A stretch of DNA of 64,000 nt, taken from contig NC_068981.1 in the NCBI RefSeq assembly GCF_001194135.2, positions 148,383,081 to 148,447,080 on the forward strand, in the 5' to 3' direction. Position 1 is the stretch's first letter. Every line of letters begins with the position of its first letter. The notes beneath the pieces were generated by a model. The model saw only the letters and a list, made by a program, of their open reading frames with translations, was not told the DNA's origin and searched no databases. This DNA is from Octopus bimaculoides (Eukaryota). Shown here in pieces: positions 55,313-64,000 of this stretch. A program made the translations under genes and the position numbers.

Positions 55313-55949
55313 CTGGAAAAAAAAGCAAAGTTCTATTAGTTAGAAATGATTTTGTTAATATCTGCACAGTATATGTAATATATTATAATTGTGGATGGAA
55401 TAAAACAAGGAATTTGACTAATTTAATCTGCAGGTCAGTATAATTATGATCAAAAGCATTCTAGCTATGATTATGTAATTTTTAATTCAGACATGATATA
55501 TCTTGGACTACATTGTTTAATGTGACCTTCCGTTATTTTTATGGTAGAGTATGATTTGAGAGAAACTTGGTTGCTATTTCAAGCAAATCTCATTGATGAT
55601 CTTTCCTGATGATTTCATATTCACTACATAACAATCACAGCAACCTAAACTCTGGCCTTCTGCTTTAGGGTCAGAGAATACTTCAGGCTCCTAACAGTAG
55701 CTAACATACTACAAATCTGAGGTAAGAACTACAATGGAATACAGTTTCCATAACTGTGATGACACTGTAAGTTTACATGGAAACATTCAAGACCACATTC
55801 CTGAAAATACCACCTGACTAACAGGTATGGAGTCATACAATATACTTCAATTTCTATTTCAGAAATGTACTGTCTGTCTCTTCATTCTTCTTTCACCCAT
55901 CATATATGTGTGTATGTATGTAGGAAAGTTTAAGTATTTCAGGGCTGTA

Positions 55950-56834
55950 CGAGGTCTGATCAATAAGTATCCGGATTGGTGCCATAGTAATGAAGCTAAA
56001 GCATGCAAAGTGAAGTTGCTTGGCACAGATTGACCTTAAACTCTGCTGTGCATGCACACTAAGTTTTAAAATTGTAGCTCACTTCTGCTGTTTACAGCAG
56101 TGCTTGGAAGGAAGGTGTGTAGCGTGTGATCATTGTATTGACCATGACAAAGAAAGTTGTCATGGCGATACCTGCTCAGAGGCCTGCGCAAAGTTGCAGA
56201 AAGTGTATGAAGAGGAGTGTATGAACTGCACACAAGTGTACGAGTGGTTCAGAGGTTTCCAAGATGGCTGAAAAAACGTGGATATTGACAAACGTTCTGG
56301 GAGACCCGCAACCAATAGAACTGAGAAAAACATCATAAATGTATGTGCAGCTGTGAGGGGAAATCGTCGAAGCACCATCCATGAGTTATCAGAGGATGTG
56401 CAGATTAGTTATGGTTCAATTCAGTCCATTATCACTGAAGATTTGGGTATGAGACGCGTGTCTAGCAAGTTTGTGTCAAAACTGCTTTCAGCTGACTCAA
56501 AAGGCACTCAGGTTTCAGTTGCACAAGATTTCTTTGATTGTGTCAAGAACAATGAAAACTTTGTGTAGGCTTCTGAGCAGGTATTGTCAAGCTTTTGGCA
56601 AAATTTGATGCAAATTCTCTGCTCGACTGTCTCTGTCATGGTCAATGTAGCGTGATCACACGCTACACATCTTTCTTCCAAGCACTGCTGTAAGCAGCAG
56701 AAGTAAGCTAGAATATTATAACTTAGTGCACATACACAACAGAGTTTAAGGTCAATCTGTGCTAAGTGGCTTCACTCTCTGTGCTTTAGCTTTGTTACTA
56801 TAGCAATAGTCCGGATACTTATTGATCAGACCAC
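55950..56834 (+). mobile_element. Mariner derivative with two inverted left ends (fold-back)
   Basis: TA|cgaggtctgatcaataagtatccgga...tccggatacttattgatcagaccac|TA. N-terminal transposase (VYEWFRGFQDG, DKRSGRP, LGMRRVSSKFVSKLL) is followed by an inverted copy of the left end at 56557-56834. Confidence 0.9.
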
Positions 56835-57039
56835 TATTAAGCTGAGTTGTATATTACAATTGTAGTTGTTGACATTGTAATGTGCCAGTTCCAGCATTTA
56901 ATCTGCAGAAGAGAAGTTGATAAAAAAAAGCAGCCAAAATGGGGGTTCCTTTGAAGGGTCGCTGGATTAACGTTGCTCGACATTGCTCAACAGAGTGTAT
57001 AACTTGGAAATTAAGAAGTTTCTCTAGGTTGATCCACAG

Positions 57040-57332
57040 CTTTTCTGTATTGAGAGGTCACAGCTCCAGTACTACGGACATGTGATTAGAATGTTGCAAG
57101 AAAGAATCACAAGACAAATTCTTCAAGCCAAGCAAACAAGCTGGAGACCAAGGGGTAGACCAAGAATGAAATGGTTGGATAATATCCAAAGTCACAGTTG
57201 GTCACATTTGGGAATCCAGCCAGAAAGTATACTGACAATTGTTTCTGATAGGGCCTTATGGGATAGGTGCCTGACGACTCTGTCCTCACAACCCTCCCAG
57301 GAAATATTGGGCAGAGAAAATGGATGGATGAC
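57040..57332 (+). mobile_element. RTE-type LINE 3' fragment
   Basis: YYGHVIRMLQERITRQIL...WRPRGRPRMKWLDNI, with a (GGAT)n tail. Confidence 0.75.
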
Positions 57333-57351
57333 ATAAAAAAAACTGACTCAC

Positions 57352-57454
57352 CTGTGGAGGTAATCTAGCAATTTTGGCATAAGCAAGTCCTTGGGGAACA
57401 ACTGTTAATGTTACAGTTAATCCAGCAATTATGTCTGATTTTAAATAACTACAC
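57352..57454 (-). CDS. SLC26A11: SLC26A11-like exon 2
   Basis: tttcag|G TGT... encodes [34 protein letters not shown]; donor CAG|GTGAGT; 103 nt, phase 2 to 0. Confidence 0.95.
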
Positions 57455-57568
57455 CTGAAAGTAAAATTAAAATTGAAAAAAATAAATGTTTGCATTAAAA
57501 CCCTAAAAACGATGCTTCTGTGTTATAGAGAAGTGGGTGGGTTATAGAGGGAGTTATCTAATCTAATG

Positions 57569-57814
57569 CGCCCTTTTAAAGCCTAGCCAGGCTCATGGGC
57601 CCGGTTTCCCGGTTTCAATGGCATACATGTTTCCCAGCTGGACGGGAAGCCAGTCCATCACAGTGTTACTCATTTTTGCCAGCTGAGTGGACTGGAGCAA
57701 CGTGAAATGAAGTGTTTTCCTCAAGAACACAACATGTCGCCCGGTCCAGGAATCGAAACCACAATCTTACGATAATGATTCTGACACCATAACCACTAAG
57801 CCATGCCCCTCCAC
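57569..57814 (-). mobile_element. tRNA-derived SINE with CORE-like body + tail T2 (related copies ~38430-38610, 23700-23960, 60350-60500)
   Basis: tRNA-like head, body gttgtgttcttgaggaaaacacttcatttcacgttgctccagtccactcagctgg, and a 3' part shared with 48870-48980. Confidence 0.75.
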
Positions 57815-58018
57815 AGAGGGACTTATGGTGCTATAATATATTCATTTACATGCATACAAACAAGTGCAGGTGTGGCTGTGTGGTAAGAAGCTTGCTTTCC
57901 AATCACATGGTTCCAGGTTCAGTCCTACTGTATAACACCTTGGGCAAGTGTCTTCTACTATAGTCTCGAGCCAATCAAAGCCTTGTGTGTGGATTACATA
58001 GATGGAAACTGAAACTCA

Positions 58019-58054
<36 letters not shown>

Positions 58055-58334
58055 NNNNNNNNNNNNNNNNNNNNNNNNNNNNNNNNNNNNNNNNNNNNNN
58101 NNNNNNNNNNNNNNNNNNNNNNNNNNNNNNNNNNNNNNNNNNNNNNNNNNNNNNNNNNNNNNNNNNNNNNNNNNNCCTGGGGCTGGTTTGTTCGACTAAA
58201 GCTCTTGAAGGTGGTGCCCTAGCATGGCCACAGTCAAATGACTGAAACAAGTAAAGGATAAAATATAAAACAGAGATCTTTGCACTTACACAGATCTGTG
58301 CAATATAAACACATATACACAGATCTTTATGCGT

Positions 58335-58382
<48 letters not shown>

Positions 58383-59105
58383 ACGCACACACACGCACAC
58401 ACACACACACGCACACGCACACACACATGCACTCAACATTTTTGCACATGCATACACATGCACAAATGTGCAAATTCAAATATGTGTAATTCCTAAGTTT
58501 AGAACTTGTAAAATGGCGTCTGAATCCAAAATTCATGCTGATTAAAATTATCAAGACTGAAGTACTGGTCACTCTCCTTTTACACTCTTGTGAACTTACC
58601 CACCCACACTTCCTGATCTTCTGTCCCCACACTTTCTTTAGTGTATATTCACTTTCTTTACACATCATCACAATCAACTTCTCTTCTTTTTTCAAATGAA
58701 GTAGTCATGTATCTCCCCAACAGCAACACACCTGTACTTATCCTTCTATATATAGTTTAACTTCTTAACACCTGGCACAAACCTATCTCCTTCAATACTG
58801 CATCCCCACTCAATTGAAGGTTCTTGTTCTGCAAGTTACATGATGACCTCACTTGTGCCAGTGTCATGAAAAAAGCACCCAATATTCTCTGTAAAGTGGG
58901 TTGCTGTTAGAAAAGTCATTTAGCCATAGAAACCATGCCAGAGCAAACGGTGCATTGTGCAGCCCTCTGACTTGCCTTGCCACCTCTATCAAAACGTCCA
59001 ACCCAAGCTAGCAAGGAAAAGGGACAGTAAATGATAATGATGGTAATGATTAGGGGTTGAGGCAGATAGAAGCCTGTTTTGTGTCTGTTTGTTAATGTTA
59101 CCATG

Positions 59106-59136
<31 letters not shown>

Positions 59137-59748
59137 TTAACGTCCGCTTTCCATGCTAGCATGGGTTGGACGATTTGACTGAGGACTGGTGAAACCAGAT
59201 GGCAACACCAGGCTCCAATCTAAATTTGGCAGAGTTTCTACAGCTGGATGCCCTTCCTAACGCCAACCACTCATGTGTGTTTGTATATTTAAAAAACAAT
59301 TTTTTAAATATTTTACTCATTTANNNNNNNNNNNNNNNNNNNNNNNNNNNNNNNNNNNNNNNNNNNNNNNNNNNNNNNNNNNNNNNNNNNNNNNNNNNNN
59401 NNNNNNNNNNNNNNNNNNNNNNNNNNNNNNNNNNNNNNNNNNNNNNNNNNNNNNNNNNNNNNNNNNNNNNNNNNNNNNNNNNNNNNNNNNNNNNNNNNNN
59501 NNNNNNNNNNNNNNNNNNNNNNNNNNNNNNNNNNNNNNNNNNNNNNNNNNNNNNNNNNNNNNNNNNNNNNNNNNNNNNNNNNNNNNNNNNNNNNNNNNNN
59601 NNNNNNNNNNNNNNNNNNNNNNNNNNNNNNNNNNNNNNNNNNNNNNNNNNNNNNNNNNNNNNNNNNNGGGCAGGTGTTTTCTACTATAGCCTCGGGCTAA
59701 CCAAAGCCTTGTGAATGGATTTGGTAGGTGAAAACTGAAAGAAGCCCA

Positions 59749-59804
<56 letters not shown>

Positions 59805-60645
59805 ATGTATAGATATGTGTGTGTTTGTCCCCCCACCATCGCTTGACAACCGATGTTGGTGTGTTTACATCCCTGTAACTTAGTGGTTCGGCAAAACAGT
59901 CTGATAAAATAAGTACTAGGCTTACAAAGAATAAGTCCTGGAGTCAACTTGTTCGAATAAAGGTGGTGCTCCAGTATGGCCACAGTCATATGACTGAAAC
60001 AAGTAAAAGATTAAAAGAATATTTGCTTATCTTATTCAACATTAAACTGTTTGGACAATATTCTCAACAAAGCCAGGAGAGTCACAGCTTGAAAGTAGGC
60101 AAAATAAAAGTATTTTGTTTTTAACCATAGAGTTCAGAACCTCAGAGGTAATGTTTGATTATGGGTCATATAGTTTCTACTTGAGAGATTATAGAAAAAT
60201 TCTGAGTTTGAACTCTATCATTGTTTGATAAATATGACTGTGAGATTCTGAGTTCAGGCGTTCTATCACTAAACTCTTGATTAGCTATTTCTGAGTCATG
60301 GCTTTTCCCCTTCCTTCATTTAAAACCAACTTAGATTATCCAGTGAAGGTACATAATCTAATGATTGGAAGTGTTTGGCTCATGATCATAAGGTCTTAAT
60401 TTTAATTCCTGGACTGGGCATCACTTTGTTGTTTTTTTAACAAGGCACTTCATTTTTACATTGCTCCAGTTCACTAAACTGTTAATGAATACCAGCTGAG
60501 TACTGGGACTGCTGTCTCTTCTTTTACTGTCACAACCTGGATGTGCCACAGGGTGAAGGGGTGAGAGGGCTAAGAGGGTATTAATGTCTCTCATGATTAT
60601 TTAGGCACAATTAGTGGAAACCCTGGCATGTCTTATCAAGACATA

Positions 60646-61758
60646 TGAAGGGGTACTCCATAAAACCCAGAATGCTGCAATATTATTTTATTCACTTTTT
60701 TATCACCTTCAAAGTATTCTCCATTTGAAGCAATGCATTGGTCCAGATGAGTTTTCCACTGTTCAAAGCAGTCCTGAAACTCTAGCGAAGTGATGCCTTT
60801 TTTACATCTGCAAAATGTTTTCCTTTAAGGACTTTTTTCACTCAGGGCAACAGAAAGAAGTTGCAGGGAGCAAGATTGGATGAATAGGAAGGGTGGTTTA
60901 GTGAGGTTATATGATTTGCAGCAAAAACTGTTTCACACTCAAGGCGATGTGTGCAGGCGCATTGTCATGATGAAACCACCATTTTCCACTTTGAGATAGG
61001 TCAAGGCGTTTTCATCACACCATGTCTTGCAAACACTTCAGAACTTCCAAGTAAAATGTCTGGTTAACGGCTTGACCAGAAGGAACAAATTCTGTGTGGA
61101 CAATTCCTTTCGCATAGACGAAACAAATCAGCATCGTTTTGACATTGGACTTCACTTGATGTGTTTTTTTGGGGTGTGATGTCATTGAATGCTTCCATTG
61201 ACTTGATTGCTGCTTTGTTTCCAGGTCACAGCCATGGCACCAGCTTTCGTCACCAGTGATGACCTTTGGAAAAAGGTTCGGATCAACTTCCAACTGTTCT
61301 TTCAGTTCACGACACGCATTTAGTCGTGATGGCTTTTGATCTTCTGTGAGCAAATGAGGCACAAATTTTGCTGCAACTCTTTTCATTCGCAATTCCTCAT
61401 TCAAAAGTCATTGTCAGGAGCTCCAGGACACACCAGTCATATCAAGAAATCCATCAATTGTTCAGTAATGGTCCTCCAAGATTAGTTCATGAATTTTCAT
61501 GATGTTTTCCTCAGCAGAAAATAGATTTTTCATAGAAGCATGCTGTTCCTTCGTTTCAGCCATTGCAAAAATCGATGAACAGAGGAGAAGCAATGCAAGA
61601 CAAAGATGCACAATGTAACAGTACGATCTCACTTGATGCCGTTTGTCAGAAGACTGATGCCTGAGAGTCACATCAAGTGGCTTCTAGTGGTGGAAACCTG
61701 AATTAGAATAGGTTTGTCCCACAGAGAATGTTTCTGGTTACTTTTGGGTACCCCGTCA
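60646..61758 (-). mobile_element. Decayed mariner transposon, near full length
   Basis: TA-flanked related TIRs (tgaaggggtactccataaaacccagaa / revcomp tgacggggtacccaaaagtaaccagaa). Transposase remnants: MAETKEQ, FVPHLL, VITGDESW, HHDNAPAH, YSSNLAPCNF; frameshifted, with an internal deletion. Confidence 0.92.
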
Positions 61759-61786
61759 TATATATATGTATGTAAATGTGTATGAG

Positions 61787-61831
<45 letters not shown>

Positions 61832-62280
61832 NNNNNNNNNNNNNNNNNNNNNNNNNNNNNNNNNNNNNNNNNNNNNNNNNNNNNNNNNNNNNNNNNNNNN
61901 NNNNNNNNNNNNNNNNNNNNNNNNNNNNNNNNNNNNNNNNNNNNNNNNGATTTTTAATAAAGATTCTTCATATTTCATTGGTAGCTTACTGTTGTAAGAA
62001 TTTTATGAACATGAAAATGCTACAAGTATAAGGTGTGTTATGAGAATTTATAGAACAAGTATTCTATAGAAACTCAACAAACTGTTAAAGATGGAGAAGA
62101 GAAGATGTTAAAAATTTGAAACAAATTTAATCCATGCATACAATCGTTTCAAACAGCAATATTAACATGTAAATAACATGGTAGAAAAATTAGAAACTAA
62201 TTTAATTAAAATTAAATTAATTACATATTACTGTTCTCTTCAGAGTGAAAAAAGAATACATAAAAAAATAATATTATTAT

Positions 62281-62590
62281 TAAGGAAGTGATTTTTTTAA
62301 AATTCTCAATCGCAGAATAATGCTAATAATATAGCCTGAACAGGATAAACTATCCCTATGAGAGTGTCTCATAAAGAGAGATTTATATATCTTAATTTGC
62401 AGAGGAATTTGTAGTGGGTAGTTTAGCTTAATCGGTCAAAGCATTGTGACATGTAATGACGGGGATGTGAGTTCGAGTCCACAGCTAACCACCTACACTT
62501 TTCTCTGCAAAATAGGGATAGTTTATCCTGTTCAGGCTATATTATTAGCATTATTCTGCGATTGAGAATTTTAAAAAAATCACTTCTTTA
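62281..62590. repeat. Inverted repeat (75-bp perfect arms) enclosing the tRNA-like core
   Basis: 62285-62359 is the exact reverse complement of 62512-62586. There is also an imperfect inner pair, tttgcagaggaatttgtag / ctacacttttctctgcaaa. Confidence 0.9.
62417..62491 (+). pseudogene. tRNA-Thr(UGU)-like degenerate sequence at the centre of a palindrome
   Basis: GGTAGTTTAGCTTAATCGGTCAAAGCA-TTGTGA-CATGTAA-TGACG-GGGATGTGAGTTCGAGTCCACAGCTAACCA. A-box, B-box (GTTCGAGTC) and a 7-nt loop with TGT are present; the acceptor, anticodon and T stems have mismatches. Confidence 0.6.
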
Positions 62591-62954
62591 ACTTTCTAAA
62601 AGACATCTCAACACTTCTAAAAGCAAGCTTCGTTTGTTCATTTACGTTTGTCGTAATTTGAATTTAAAATATTATTATTGTTATAGAAGACTTGATGGAG
62701 TGAGTATCACTTAACATATTCAGATATACATATTATCCTTATGAAAGATTAAGAGCATGCTAAGATAGTGCTGTTGAGTCTAGTTGTATATGTATTACCC
62801 TACTTGGAAACAGGTAAGAGTTGGCAACAGGATGAACATCTGAGTGTAGAAAATCTACCTCAACAAATTCCTTCTGATCCATGCAGGCATGAAAAAGTGG
62901 ACATTATAAAGATGATGATGATGATGATATTTTAGAAAAGCTTTGTGAACTTAC

Positions 62955-63157
62955 TTGTACTTAGGAAGCCATTGACTTATAGGAAATTTCTGTTTCAATG
63001 AAGATATGCTGCAACATTTTGAGTAGTGCTTCTTCACAACATCTTTCCAGCTTGGTGAAACAGGAACTGGAGTCGGCAGGAGGCGGGTAAATTCTGAGTT
63101 CATTTCCCACGACTGTTCAACATTGGTGAGAAAAGGAGAAATATTGCTGTTAATCAT
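62955..63157 (-). CDS. SLC26A11: SLC26A11-like coding exon 1 (start ATG uncertain: 63157 or 63103)
   Basis: Encodes MNSEFTRLL...KQKFPISQWLPKY, a typical SLC26 N-terminal FP...WLPKY. Donor AA|GTAAG at 62954, phase 2. Confidence 0.85.
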
Positions 63158-63550
63158 TGTAATGCAATGTTAGGAATTTGGGCATCCAGTACCAAAGCAA
63201 ATAGCAGAGCAAAGATTATTATAAGATGCAGCTATTTGTTGCCAGTCAACTGACTGTGAAGAGCAGAGGTTCTCAATCAGGCTCCATATGACCTTTGGAG
63301 TTGGGGGTCCATATAAGGGTTTTTTTTGTTAAAATTTATGTGCAATAAATTATTTATACCTCTTCAATGCACCAAATATATTAATTCTTTTTTTAAATGC
63401 AATTCCTAATAATATTTAATTCTGAAAATGTAATGAGACTTAAACATCATGGCTGTGTGGCACCTTGGGCAAGTGTCTTCTACTATAGCCTCGGGCTGAC
63501 CAAAGCCTTGTGAGCAGATTTGGGAGACGGAAATTGAAAGAAGCCTGTCG

Positions 63551-63583
<33 letters not shown>

Positions 63584-64000
63584 GTGTGTTTGTGTGTCTG
63601 TGCTTGTCCCCCCACCATCACTTGACAACCGATGCGGGTGTGTCTACGTCCCTGTAACTTAGCGGTTCAGCAAAAGAGACCAATAGTATAAGTACTAGGC
63701 TTACAAAGAATAAGTCCTGGGGTCGATTTGCTCGATTAAAGGTGGTGCTCCAGCATGGCCGCAATCAAATGACTGAAACAAGTAAAAGAGTAAAAGAGTA
63801 TCAAATGGATATGAGGGCCTCCTCCTCACTGTTAGGAGCCACAAGCACTTTCACACACATGTACACACACAGCAGAAACTTCTGCCTATCAAATTCAACC
63901 ACAAGGCTTCAGATGGCCTAAGGTTATAGCAGAAGACACTTGCCCAAGGTGTCACACATGTGGCTGAGATGCAAACTTCCTACCCACACCATGCCTGTGC

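Larger units (their letters stand above)
900..61948. other. Assembly gaps: 900-1545, 7122-7217, 9892-10364, 29970-30373, 36957-36966, 58055-58175, 59324-59667, 61832-61948
   Basis: Runs of N, mostly bordered by microsatellite or SINE sequence. Confidence 0.98.
23058..63157 (-). other. SLC26A11: SLC26 family sodium-independent sulfate/anion transporter gene (SLC26A11-like); 12 exons visible, 3' part missing
   Basis: Spliced translation: ...[77 protein letters not shown]...GILVNFISYPVINSFTSAAAITISIGQVKNILGL...ILETIAIGKAFARKNHYKLDPTQEFIALGAANVFSSFFSSYPVAGSFSRTAINSQSGVKTP. These are SLC26/SulP hallmark motifs, and the intron phases match across all 11 junctions. The A11 subfamily call comes from recalled motif similarity, not a search. 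Confidence 0.9.

Overview
AT-rich, repeat-dense animal genomic DNA with 8 N-gaps. The SINE families, microsatellite load and gene style point to a coleoid cephalopod, probably Octopus (inference). One protein-coding gene is supported: an SLC26 sulfate/anion transporter most like SLC26A11, on the minus strand. I reconstructed 12 exons by hand (63157 down to 23058; 1246 nt, about 415 aa). All have GT-AG introns with matching phases, and most are missed by the ORF track. The last transmembrane helices and the STAS domain were not found in 1-23057. The rest is intronic: several tRNA-derived and RTE-type SINE families, LINE fragments (RTE, CR1-like, R4/Dong-like RLE), three Tc1/mariner remnants, hAT and piggyBac-like MITEs, and simple repeats. 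Most short ORFs in the track are microsatellite or SINE artefacts. I found no convincing new multi-gene system. The most unusual structures are a tRNA-Thr-like sequence inside a perfect 75-bp inverted repeat near the first coding exon, a fold-back mariner with two left ends, several long near-perfect palindromes, and TSD-bounded SINEs that swap head, body and tail modules.
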